Positions 29,166 through 37,901 of a stretch of DNA of 41,744 nt are shown one piece after another. The stretch lies in IMG/VR virus record IMGVR_UViG_2563366971_000005, one strand, 5' to 3'. A program made the position numbers and the translations under genes. The number at the start of each line of letters is the position of its first letter. Positions within the stretch are counted from its first letter, which is position 1. Below the pieces are notes generated by a model. It did not search any database. It was not told the DNA's origin and saw only the letters and a program-made list of their open reading frames with translations. Source of the DNA: a virus (taxonomy: Duplodnaviria > Heunggongvirae > Uroviricota > Caudoviricetes).

Positions 29166-30133
29166 TACGCAACCGCCTTTTTCTTATGGAAAACCAGCTC
29201 TCGAACCTGATCACCGTTCATGAGCATATTGTTGAAATCATCGTGATCCGGCCAGTACACGCTCACGCGCTGCAGGTCATTCTTTGCCATCAGATTGGCA
29301 TGAGCACATTCGCAAGCCGCAGCCAGCCCGGTGGCGCTGTTCTCGTCACGGTCAGCAAAAATAATCAGATGCAGAACACCAGCTGGTACACGGAACTTTT
29401 TCATAAAGCCGCTGTTAATGGTTGCCCAGGTGTTCACGTTATAAATCTGGTGCGCTGACAGCGCTGTTTCGATGCCTTCGGCGATACCCAGAGTGCTGGC
29501 GACAGGAAACATGCGGATAGCTACAGAACGAGCGTGATCCAAATAGTTATCTTCCTGCAGGGATTTGAGGCGCTTTGCACTGCTACCGATATCTGCTTTT
29601 TTATCACCATCAAGCAGAGTCTGGTGCAGATAGCACAACTCCCCTTTATCGTCCGTAGCAAGTGAATAAAGAGACTGGAACACACTCCCGTTGTGTCTCT
29701 GCCTGGCATTGAACCGGATCGCCTCAGCAGGAAGACTGAATATTCCACGAGAATTAAGATACGCTGCGCCGGATGTACCACGCAGTGCCTCCAGTTTTGA
29801 AAACTTGCTCAATACCCGTTTGCGTAAGCTGGTGGCGCTGCTGGTTACCGGGATTTTAACCCGTTGGTAATCATTACCGATCAGGCGGTCTATTTCGGTA
29901 CAAATCTCGTTAAATGGCTTCGCCTGTGTCAGGGTGACAAGTTTCATACCATCGCCACTACCACATACACAGATCCACGTTCCTGCACCGTCGCGGTCAT
30001 CAATTCGGAACTTGCCACGTGCACCGCATACCGGGCATTCACCCTTGAAGTGATTTTTTCCGGTTATCGGCGGCAGACCGAAGTGCTCTAATATTTCAGG
30101 CCAGCGGCCTTTCGCTGCATCTGCTGTTTTCAT
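29165..30133 (-). CDS. DNA primase-like protein (zinc-binding N-terminus + Toprim-like core)
   Basis: 322-aa ORF; CPVCGARGKFRIDDRDGAGTWICVCG zinc motif; acidic Toprim-like segments. Confidence 0.7.
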   Translation of the reverse strand: MKTADAAKGRWPEILEHFGLPPITGKNHFKGECPVCGARGKFRIDDRDGAGTWICVCGSGDGMKLVTLTQAKPFNEICTEIDRLIGNDYQRVKIPVTSSATSLRKRVLSKFSKLEALRGTSGAAYLNSRGIFSLPAEAIRFNARQRHNGSVFQSLYSLATDDKGELCYLHQTLLDGDKKADIGSSAKRLKSLQEDNYLDHARSVAIRMFPVASTLGIAEGIETALSAHQIYNVNTWATINSGFMKKFRVPAGVLHLIIFADRDENSATGLAAACECAHANLMAKNDLQRVSVYWPDHDDFNNMLMNGDQVRELVFHKKKAVA

Positions 30134-30134
30134 C

Positions 30135-31793
30135 TTACTGACTCAGACTGTTTATATTTTTCTGGAGTTGGTGCTTTGCCTGCATGATGCGCCAGGCCTC
30201 ACTGCCTGCCGGTATCTCACGTCGTTCATCACGTTCCTGAGATAAATCAATCGTTGTTTGTGCGTTTTCAGTGACCTTCTGAACCCGCTGGTGGCCTTTG
30301 GCAAACCGGATCAGTTTGTGTCTGATGTAGTTATTTACCTCAGGGGTAATTTCCATCGGAAAGTTACTCAGTCCGTCAGGCCACTCGCCGAACTTTTCCC
30401 GGAAAGTGTGAGCACACCATCCGTCACTGACTGGACGCCCCAGCGAAGCACGCTGGCGCTGATAAAATTTGATCTGACTCCACCAGGACTGTTTCTCTGC
30501 CTTCGTCGACTGATGCTGATTTTTACCCAGCTTATTAAGTTTGCGGCTAGTGTCAGTATCAACGTCTTCACCTCGCAGCGGCTTGTGTCCACATTTCGGG
30601 CAAACATAGACGCCTGCTGGCTTCATGTAGTGGCATTGAGGGCATTCATGTGGCAGTTTTTCGGCCCGTTCCTCAACTGCCCGGCGCACGCTTTCCTCCA
30701 TGCCGTCAGACTTACCGGGAAGCTCGTCGTACTCGATTGAATCCGGATAACCCAAACGGTGCACGGTGCCGCTGTGATCGAAGATAAGGCAGGACGCTTT
30801 ACCCGGTGCGGTGCGCAGCCCACGCCCGAGTGCCTGCAACCAGCGAATTTCGCTTTTTGTTGGCCTGGCGTAGATGATGCAACGAACGTCACTATCGAAT
30901 CCGGCTACCAGAACGCCCACACTAACGATGATTTTCGTTGCACCGGTTTCAAAGCGGTGAATGATGGTCTGGCGCTCATCTACCGGAGTGTCGGCGGTCA
31001 TTACCTCAGCGTTAACACCCGCCAGGTTAAACTGGATTGTCAGGTAATTGGCGTGGGCTACGTTGACGCAGAAAGCGATGGTAGGTAGATCCCGACCATT
31101 CTCCAGCCAGTTCTGTACAATGTCGCCCACCAGCGTAGAGCCGCACATGATTTCAGCCAGCTGTGTTTCGTTGTAATCGCGGCCGTACTCAAGCGAAGAT
31201 GTGGTTTTAACACCTTTCAGATCCGGCTTAGTTGGCGCGTAAAATTCGTATTTACTCAGATCGCCACGCTGGATTAACTCGCCGATGGTGGTCGGTTTAA
31301 TCAGTCGGTCATAGTATTTGCCCAGGAACGGGGAAAACGGAGTACCCGACAGGCCAATCACCTTTACGCCTTTGCCGCGCAGACGTTCGATATCCTTCAG
31401 GATGCGTTTTTTACGCAGGTGCGCTTCGTCGATAATCAGCAGATCGATATTTTCAGGAAAAACACGACGAATAAGCGTATCAGCGCTGGCAATCTGAATT
31501 TTCCGGTCCGGATCGTAGTTCGGGTGATCCGCCCAGATATAACCGATTTCATCTCCAGGTAAACCATACTGCACGAACCGATTAGCCGTCTGACCAATCA
31601 GGATGGTGTACGGAACACAGAACAGAGCGCGCATACCACGGCTGACAAAACCAGCAACTATGAAGGCTGCCAGACCCGTTTTACCGCTACCTGTTGGCGA
31701 ATACACCATGAAGGTGTCGTTTGCCTTCCAGTCACGGCGCAACATGTTTAGCGCTCGTTCCTGTGCAAAATTCGGCGTGATCGTCAGCTCCAT
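30135..31793 (-). CDS. SF2 DEAD/DEAH-box helicase with C-terminal zinc ribbon
   Basis: 552-aa ORF; Walker A PTGSGKT, DEAH box (IIDEAHL), C-terminal CPQC…CPKC. Confidence 0.8.
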   Translation of the reverse strand: MELTITPNFAQERALNMLRRDWKANDTFMVYSPTGSGKTGLAAFIVAGFVSRGMRALFCVPYTILIGQTANRFVQYGLPGDEIGYIWADHPNYDPDRKIQIASADTLIRRVFPENIDLLIIDEAHLRKKRILKDIERLRGKGVKVIGLSGTPFSPFLGKYYDRLIKPTTIGELIQRGDLSKYEFYAPTKPDLKGVKTTSSLEYGRDYNETQLAEIMCGSTLVGDIVQNWLENGRDLPTIAFCVNVAHANYLTIQFNLAGVNAEVMTADTPVDERQTIIHRFETGATKIIVSVGVLVAGFDSDVRCIIYARPTKSEIRWLQALGRGLRTAPGKASCLIFDHSGTVHRLGYPDSIEYDELPGKSDGMEESVRRAVEERAEKLPHECPQCHYMKPAGVYVCPKCGHKPLRGEDVDTDTSRKLNKLGKNQHQSTKAEKQSWWSQIKFYQRQRASLGRPVSDGWCAHTFREKFGEWPDGLSNFPMEITPEVNNYIRHKLIRFAKGHQRVQKVTENAQTTIDLSQERDERREIPAGSEAWRIMQAKHQLQKNINSLSQ

Positions 31794-31904
31794 TGTGCAG
31801 CTCCCGTGCTGATGAGATAATAATTTTGTGATGTGGTTTTCATGGATTCCCCCTCACATGGCTGGTGGCCTCCCCAAAGGCTGCCAGCCCCCTTCCGAAT
31901 CAAC

Positions 31905-32279
31905 TCACTTAAATTTCGTCGCACGAATAACGTCAATTCCGTTCTCGCTATATCGAAGAGGGTGCTTACCGTCCCTGAGCAGGACAAAACCTGACATCCC
32001 CTCAGGTAGCTGAGCCAGCTTCATCAATGAACGGTTGCGGGGAGACTTCTTATCGACCTCAATGGCACACTGCTGGCCGTCTGATGATGTAACCAGGCAA
32101 CCAATAAACCCTTTACGACCACCGCTGATGCTGATGCTGATGCTGAAATTGCGTTGCAGGTGGTATCCCTGAGACTTGATTTTTTTCTGCATCACATAAT
32201 CGAAAACAACTTTGTCATCGGAGCGAATGAATTGCTCTTCCAGAAGAGCGATTAAATTTTGCTTCAGGTCTTCACTCAT
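31905..32279 (-). CDS. Hypothetical protein
   Basis: 124-aa ORF in early-right operon; no family recognised. Confidence 0.45.
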   Translation of the reverse strand: MSEDLKQNLIALLEEQFIRSDDKVVFDYVMQKKIKSQGYHLQRNFSISISISGGRKGFIGCLVTSSDGQQCAIEVDKKSPRNRSLMKLAQLPEGMSGFVLLRDGKHPLRYSENGIDVIRATKFK

Positions 32280-32527
32280 ACTTTTTATCCATCTTGTACT
32301 AGCTTTCTGGTACAGCCGTTTTTTCAGGGGTATCCCCCTTTAGATCGAGATCTACCTAACCTATGTACCCGTCTGTTGGAAAAGCCTGTTCCAGTGCTTC
32401 GCACTAACACACGGGCACTCCTCCCCCTCCCCTCCTCTCGTTGAATTTTCTACGTACCCTTTAACTAGTACAAAAATGCAATGAGATTTGGGATTCAGCC
32501 ACCGGACACCTTTAAGCCCGGTACCAA

Positions 32528-32821
32528 TCAGGAGCGCGATTGCGTTCCTGCCAGGGGCGGCTGAGTTGTATACCCCTGTAAAGCTCTGCCCTGATTTCTC
32601 ACAAACAAGCGGAGCCTTGTGTTTGCTTCGTGCCTTGCTCTGTTCTCCTTGCGGAATGAAACAGGCTCAGCGTCAAAAGTGATTTCGTATACCTCCGCAT
32701 ATTTCAGGGCGACCTTCCGTCTCAGTGACGGAGGCAGCCCCTGTAACTGCTGCTGAATCCACTCTTCGTCTGCCTGGCAGTACCTAGATGGCATCTCTGT
32801 CTGAACGTAATTCTGGGACAT
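32528..32821 (-). CDS. Hypothetical protein (cII-position)
   Basis: 97-aa ORF; overlaps upstream ORF by 38 nt, so start may be the internal Met. Confidence 0.4.
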   Translation of the reverse strand: MSQNYVQTEMPSRYCQADEEWIQQQLQGLPPSLRRKVALKYAEVYEITFDAEPVSFRKENRARHEANTRLRLFVRNQGRALQGYTTQPPLAGTQSRS

Positions 32822-33035
32822 ACAAGCCCTTCACCTCTCCCGTGCGCGCTAAGCTTGGATGTGTATATGGAATGTTCGGATCCAGATGGCAGAGAATGGC
32901 AACATCCTCCGGAACGCCCCGCGTTTTCCACTTTCCAACTCCCTGACTACCACGAGGCCTTCCTTTCTTTGGGAACCTGCGGCCAATAGCGGCATTGGTC
33001 TTAAATTGAGTTTTTAATATTTCATAAAGGGTCAT
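32784..33035 (-). CDS. Small basic protein with AT-hook-like KKGRPRG motif in cro-position
   Basis: 83-aa ORF divergent from the repressor gene; weak RBS; no canonical HTH recognised. Confidence 0.4.
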   Translation of the reverse strand: MTLYEILKTQFKTNAAIGRRFPKKGRPRGSQGVGKWKTRGVPEDVAILCHLDPNIPYTHPSLARTGEVKGLYVPELRSDRDAI

Positions 33036-33146
33036 TCTTTAGCCTCACACCGGATACTCTGTTATCCAAGAATGTTAAACACGAGAATCCAAAGTATCAA
33101 GAAATTCTGTTACTTTAGTATCAGCAGCCATGAAAGGAGAAGAAAA
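33036..33146. promoter_or_regulatory. Divergent promoter/operator region (OR-like) with RGTATCA-type repeats
   Basis: ggatact (33053..33059, inverted), aaagtatcaa (33091..33100), ttagtatcag (33115..33124) between divergent genes. Confidence 0.45.
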
Positions 33147-33803
33147 ATGAAATCTTTAGGTGAACGCCTCATCAACGCACGACAAAAAGCTGGGTTAACG
33201 CAAGATGCGTTGGCTAAAAAAGCAGGGGTCACCAGAGTTGCAATCAGTAAAGCCGAGCAAGGCCTTACAAAAAGTTTCAACGGTGACACCCTTTTTAAAG
33301 TCGCAGCTGCACTGCAGTGTTCACCGCAGTGGCTTCAGAACGGAGATGAAAAAGATAAGCATTGGGAAAATAATGTTAAGAGCTGCCCACAGAGAGACAC
33401 AGCACACTCTTACCCTGTAATTAACTGGGTTCAGGCAGGATTATTCGCAACTGCTGGTGATGACTACAACATGTATGATCAGGATAATTGGAGGCATTCT
33501 GTAAAATACGCTGGTGAGAGGGGGTTCTGGCTGGAAGTGCACGGAGACTCAATGACTTCGCCCGTAGGAATAACATTTCCTGAAGGAATGTCGATCCTTG
33601 TCAACCCAGATAAAGAAGTTTTTTCAGGGTGTTACGTCATCGCCAGAAAAAAATCTACCAATGAAGCAACATTCAAAAAATATATTTCTGAAATGGGAAA
33701 GGCGTTTCTAAAGCCCCTTAATCCACAATATCCAATCATAGAAATGGACAATGATTGCGAAATAGTAGGTGTTGTGGTTGATGCCAGGTGGGATATTTTC
33801 TGA
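33147..33803 (+). CDS. CI-like prophage repressor (N-terminal HTH, C-terminal S24 LexA-like peptidase domain)
   Basis: Start at MKSLGERLINARQKAGLTQ (ATG 33147) after AGGAGAAG; HTH_XRE-like N-terminus; GDSM Ser and downstream Lys of S24 autocleavage fold. Confidence 0.85.
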   Translation: MKSLGERLINARQKAGLTQDALAKKAGVTRVAISKAEQGLTKSFNGDTLFKVAAALQCSPQWLQNGDEKDKHWENNVKSCPQRDTAHSYPVINWVQAGLFATAGDDYNMYDQDNWRHSVKYAGERGFWLEVHGDSMTSPVGITFPEGMSILVNPDKEVFSGCYVIARKKSTNEATFKKYISEMGKAFLKPLNPQYPIIEMDNDCEIVGVVVDARWDIF

Positions 33804-33899
33804 CCAGACACAAAAAGAAACCAAAGTATCAAAAATCACTTGCCACACCTTGATACCTTAGTTACCATGAAGCAAAGTTCGTAACTGAGGTATCATCTC
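33804..33899 (+). promoter_or_regulatory. OL-like operator region with RGTATCA repeats and a 14-bp inverted repeat
   Basis: ccaaagtatcaa (33821..33832); inverted repeat gataccttagttac (33852..33865) / gtaactgaggtatc (33881..33894). Confidence 0.4.
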
Positions 33900-34316
33900 A
33901 TGATCAATAAAGCTACAACTCTTGACTGTCTCGAAGAACTGAAAAACCTCGGCAGCCTCATTACACTAATAGCAAAAGCAACACCAGATGCTACGCTCTC
34001 TAGCGATATAGAGTCATGCGCAGGACTGGCATGGGATATGACAAATAGCATATCCAGAAAGCTATCGTCAGCAATGCTTTTACAGAACAAAAATTCTGCA
34101 ATCAACAACAGTCTTCGCACCCAACGCGAAGACTGCGGCTTAACAACAGCCGAACTCGCCAGACTGCTCGATCTCGATGAAGAAATTATCATCCAGTGGG
34201 AGAGCGGAGAGTACGAACCAACCATCAGCATGCTTATCCCTCTGGCTAATGTTCTTGGCTGTGATCCAATGTTGTTATTGACTGATGCTTATAAACAAAA
34301 TCAGGAGGAAGCATAA
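33900..34316 (+). CDS. HTH (XRE-family) DNA-binding protein with unknown N-terminal domain
   Basis: 138-aa ORF; C-terminal GLTTAELARLLDLDEEIIIQWESGEYEP helix-turn-helix. Confidence 0.6.
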   Translation: MINKATTLDCLEELKNLGSLITLIAKATPDATLSSDIESCAGLAWDMTNSISRKLSSAMLLQNKNSAINNSLRTQREDCGLTTAELARLLDLDEEIIIQWESGEYEPTISMLIPLANVLGCDPMLLLTDAYKQNQEEA

Positions 34317-34317
34317 G

Positions 34318-34509
34318 ATGAAAATGTTCAAAGGCCTCACCAACGAACCGGAAACAGCTTTTCATCACATTGCCGTACTGCTTGAAGCGGGGTTAATCAT
34401 TTCGGCTTCCGGTGATGAAGAATGTGATGAACTTTCGGATGATATCTTTTTACTGGCACAACAATACGCCAGAAGCGCATGCGATGCATTTAAGGAGCAA
34501 AGAACATGA
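34318..34509 (+). CDS. Hypothetical small acidic protein
   Basis: 63-aa ORF starting 2 nt after previous stop. Confidence 0.4.
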   Translation: MKMFKGLTNEPETAFHHIAVLLEAGLIISASGDEECDELSDDIFLLAQQYARSACDAFKEQRT

Positions 34510-34697
34510 TAACTCCATTAAATATTCTTGAGGAAGTGGCAGCACAAATAAAAGAGAATACATCCATGCTTGAATTTATATTTAAGAATTCGCCTGATTC
34601 AGGAGAGACAGACGATTATTTATGTTGCCTCATTCGCTCCATGAATAAAACCTGTGAAATGGCTTACGCGTATATCGACACACTGCGCAACGAATAA
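34506..34697 (+). CDS. Hypothetical small protein
   Basis: 63-aa ORF with ATGA overlap on previous stop. Confidence 0.4.
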   Translation: MITPLNILEEVAAQIKENTSMLEFIFKNSPDSGETDDYLCCLIRSMNKTCEMAYAYIDTLRNE

Positions 34698-34779
34698 AGA
34701 AAACTCAATAAACAATCACCCATAAAAACATAACGGCCTCTGGTCGGGAATTTCCACAACCTGAAAATGGTGGTGATGC

Positions 34780-34878
34780 ATGAAAAACAGAAGTGCTTAT
34801 AAAACCGCATTATTAATGGCTAATGCAGGATACTGGTCAGTTGCAATACTGTTTCTCAGGAAAGCATACGGGAAATAA
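34780..34878 (+). CDS. Candidate 32-aa peptide
   Basis: Hand-translated MKNRSAYKTALLMANAGYWSVAILFLRKAYGK; ends 3 nt before next gene; low confidence. Confidence 0.2.
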   Translation: MKNRSAYKTALLMANAGYWSVAILFLRKAYGK

Positions 34879-34881
34879 CAA

Positions 34882-35241
34882 ATGACACATGAACCCATTA
34901 ATACATATCGTCGCCGTATAGCTGTTGCGGCACTCCATCGAATAAAACGTAAAACAGGTGGTAATCTGCTTATTGTTGACCTTCCGGATGGGAACATTAC
35001 GACCATAGAAATAACTGAACAGTTTATAAACCAGTTGCTGTTACGCTTCGAAGGTATTACCCGTGGTGAATTGGGCCGGGTGGAGGGTGAAACCGAAATC
35101 CACACTGCATACCAGAATGCTATCGGGATTAATCAACATACTGAATACCTGACTGAAACCGGAAAGTTAATTATAGACAACCTTTTTCAAGAGGTTATTG
35201 ATTACGCGAAAGAAAAATATATCAGCGGAGGAATTAACTGA
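34882..35241 (+). CDS. Hypothetical protein
   Basis: 119-aa ORF, no family recognised. Confidence 0.4.
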   Translation: MTHEPINTYRRRIAVAALHRIKRKTGGNLLIVDLPDGNITTIEITEQFINQLLLRFEGITRGELGRVEGETEIHTAYQNAIGINQHTEYLTETGKLIIDNLFQEVIDYAKEKYISGGIN

Positions 35242-35456
35242 TGGCTAATTTATCCCCTGTATCTGTTGTGCACGAAAAAGTGCAGATCGTTATGACAATT
35301 GAAAATGGCCAAGTCACAGGTGTCTGCAAAGTCCGCGATGGCGAGCTGATTGCCAGCATGGATACATTCATACGGCTGGCAGAAAGAGCGGGGTATCAGA
35401 TAACAGCACCTGCTCAGGAGGAAACCGGTGGCATTAACAGCAACACGCATTCCTGA
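35241..35456 (+). CDS. Hypothetical protein
   Basis: 71-aa ORF, TGATG overlap with previous gene. Confidence 0.4.
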   Translation: MANLSPVSVVHEKVQIVMTIENGQVTGVCKVRDGELIASMDTFIRLAERAGYQITAPAQEETGGINSNTHS

Positions 35457-35642
35457 GCGGATCCACCGGCAGGCATTGCAGGTCCTGTTGTTGTACCGAT
35501 GCCGACGGATATTTCCGCATCGGATACAGCGCACCGGATATCTCAGTCTGAAGGTTAACCGTCGCTGGCGGCTGTTATCGAAAGACGACGGCCGGAACTG
35601 GGAAGTAATGAGTCATGAACGTTATTCGGGAGAAATAAAGAA

Positions 35643-36035
35643 ATGATCGACAACCGCACCGCCAGCGCCATTGACCAGGCATTACAGAAACATGATACAC
35701 CCGTCGGCCCGTTATTTTTTGTAACACGCCACGGAAGAACAAAAAAATGCCTCACCCGAAAAACGGCAATTCGTTACCTGGCATTCTTTATGACCACCCG
35801 CGCTTTTGAACGTTCAGGATTCCGACAACGCTATCCTGACAAGCGTTTTATCTTCAACAGGAATGAGATATGGAAACGTGGAGAATCAACCACAGAGTAT
35901 ACCCGCGCACACCAGCGAACAATCAGACGACTGCGCAGACTCATCGCCAGGAAACAGTATACAGAAAAATGGTTCAGAAAATATGACACATGGAGCGCCG
36001 GATATTACGAACTGATGGCAACAAAACCATTCTGA
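35643..36035 (+). CDS. Hypothetical basic protein
   Basis: 130-aa Arg/Lys-rich ORF. Confidence 0.4.
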   Translation: MIDNRTASAIDQALQKHDTPVGPLFFVTRHGRTKKCLTRKTAIRYLAFFMTTRAFERSGFRQRYPDKRFIFNRNEIWKRGESTTEYTRAHQRTIRRLRRLIARKQYTEKWFRKYDTWSAGYYELMATKPF

Positions 36036-36095
36036 CGTAAACGAAATTAACCATGACGCAATTAAATAAGGCAAGCCGAATACATCAGGAGGACC

Positions 36096-36284
36096 ATGAA
36101 CATTTATTTCAGAATAGTTATATCACTGGCAATTATCACATGTATTTACGGATTAATCGTTCCGGCCCTCATATCAATGAAGGATACGGTAGCAGTGATT
36201 TCTGGCTTTGCTCTGGCGTGTCTGACCCCGCCCTGCATTTATGCCATTTATAAGGGTCTTTCTTTTTCTAAGGATAAAAGATGA
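36096..36284 (+). CDS. Small two-helix membrane protein coupled to SPFH lipoprotein
   Basis: 62-aa ORF, AGGAGGA upstream, two hydrophobic segments; stop overlaps next start (ATGA). Confidence 0.5.
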   Translation: MNIYFRIVISLAIITCIYGLIVPALISMKDTVAVISGFALACLTPPCIYAIYKGLSFSKDKR

Positions 36285-37108
36285 AAAAATTACTTTTTGC
36301 TTTAGCCCTTGTTCTGCCGACCATTGGCCTTGTCGGTTGCGATCGCGTTGAGCCTGGTAATGTGGGCATCAAAGTAAACAAACTGGGCGACGATAAAGGC
36401 GTCGGTGAAGTGGTCGGTGTTGGGCGCTACTGGACGGGATGGAACACTGAGGTTTACATCTTCCCGACCTTTAAGCAGATGAAGACCTACGATGATCCAT
36501 TCAGTTTCCAGATGAGTGACGGTACAACCATCGGCTATCACATCGGCGTGGCCTACAAAGTTGATCCATCCAAAGTTACCACAGTCTTTCAGACCTACCG
36601 CAAAGGCGTGGACGACATTACCGACACCGACCTGCGCCAGAAGATAGCCGACGCACTCAACCGACTGGCCAGCAAAATGACCACCGACAAATTTATCGAC
36701 GGCGGCAAGTCTGAGCTGCTGGATGCAGCTCTTAAAGACATTCAGGAAGAAATGACGCCCATCGGTATTCAGGTAATGAGCCTCTCATATGTGGGTAAGC
36801 CGGAGTACCCGCCTACTGTTATCGACAGCATTAATGCCAAAGTCACGGCCAACCAGAAAACCCTGCAACGCGAGCAGGAAGTCAAGCAACGCGAAGCAGA
36901 GGCAAACATGCTGCGCGCGGAAGCTGCCGGACAGGCTGATGCGATTCGCACAAAAGCCCAGGCCGAAGCCGACGCTATTCGTTTACGCGGTGAAGCTCTG
37001 CGCCAGAACCCAAACGTTATGGAGCTGGAAGCCATCAACAAGTGGAACGGTACACTGCCGCAATACATGACCAGCGGTGCCAACACACCATTTATTCAGG
37101 TCAAGTAA
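36281..37108 (+). CDS. SPFH/Band 7 (prohibitin-like) lipoprotein
   Basis: 275-aa ORF; lipobox LVGC in MKKLLFALALVLPTIGLVGC; Band-7-like core and C-terminal Ala/Glu-rich coiled coil. Confidence 0.7.
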   Translation: MKKLLFALALVLPTIGLVGCDRVEPGNVGIKVNKLGDDKGVGEVVGVGRYWTGWNTEVYIFPTFKQMKTYDDPFSFQMSDGTTIGYHIGVAYKVDPSKVTTVFQTYRKGVDDITDTDLRQKIADALNRLASKMTTDKFIDGGKSELLDAALKDIQEEMTPIGIQVMSLSYVGKPEYPPTVIDSINAKVTANQKTLQREQEVKQREAEANMLRAEAAGQADAIRTKAQAEADAIRLRGEALRQNPNVMELEAINKWNGTLPQYMTSGANTPFIQVK

Positions 37109-37151
37109 TACATATGCCCGGTATTACACGCAGGGCTGTCTGGAGATAAAA

Positions 37152-37901
37152 ATGAATACTGTAACCATCAACAACAAACAGTTTCCGGTAATCGAATATC
37201 GCAGTCAGCGTGTTGTGACATTTGCAATAATTGATGACGTCCACCAGCGCCCGGAAGGTACCGCCCGTGCTGCGTTTAACCGCAACCGTTCTCACTTTAT
37301 CGAAGGGGTGGATTTTCTTGAAATGACTGCGGACGTAATACGTACGGAGTCACTTTCTGATGCCTTTGCCGCGCGAACTGCCAAAGGGATCATTCTTTTC
37401 GAGTCTGGTTACCTGATGTTGACGAAGCCTTTTAACGATGCTCTTGCATGGCAGGTTCAGCGCGAACTGGTTAACAGTTATTTCCGAACTCACGCGCCGC
37501 TGACGGAAATGGAGATGATCGCTGCAATGGCCGCCGATGCCGTTCGCCAGCAGAAGCGCCTGAGTCATGTTGAAGAGAAGATCGAAACGGTCACCAAAGC
37601 TGTGGAGAACATCAAACGCGGCACAATGCGCACCGGATATGTCGGTTACCGCCAGGTGGTAGCCAAAAGCGGAATGAGTGACGCCAAGTGTCGGAATCTG
37701 GTCAACGCCTACCACATCCCTACCGACACGCACGAATTTATGACTCCGGACGGTCTGTTGTCTCGCAGGGCTGTCGTCGAGCTTGAGACATTTATGGTGG
37801 TGTTCCACCAAATGATGTCAGAGGCTGAACCACGCGGCACACGCTGGTATCACCCGAAGATGGGGCTTTTCCAGGTAATCGGATGGGAGGATAAAGCATG
37901 A
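37152..37901 (+). CDS. ORF6N-domain protein (antirepressor-like)
   Basis: Start at MNTVTINNK (ATG 37152) after GGAG; EYRSQRVVT…AAFNRNRSHFIEGVDF…NSYFR resembles ORF6N domain. Confidence 0.55.
   Translation: MNTVTINNKQFPVIEYRSQRVVTFAIIDDVHQRPEGTARAAFNRNRSHFIEGVDFLEMTADVIRTESLSDAFAARTAKGIILFESGYLMLTKPFNDALAWQVQRELVNSYFRTHAPLTEMEMIAAMAADAVRQQKRLSHVEEKIETVTKAVENIKRGTMRTGYVGYRQVVAKSGMSDAKCRNLVNAYHIPTDTHEFMTPDGLLSRRAVVELETFMVVFHQMMSEAEPRGTRWYHPKMGLFQVIGWEDKA

Noticed and set aside
33072-33146. N-terminal extension of repressor ORF
   Set aside because: Would cover the operator/promoter region; AGGAGAAG RBS precedes the internal ATG at 33147
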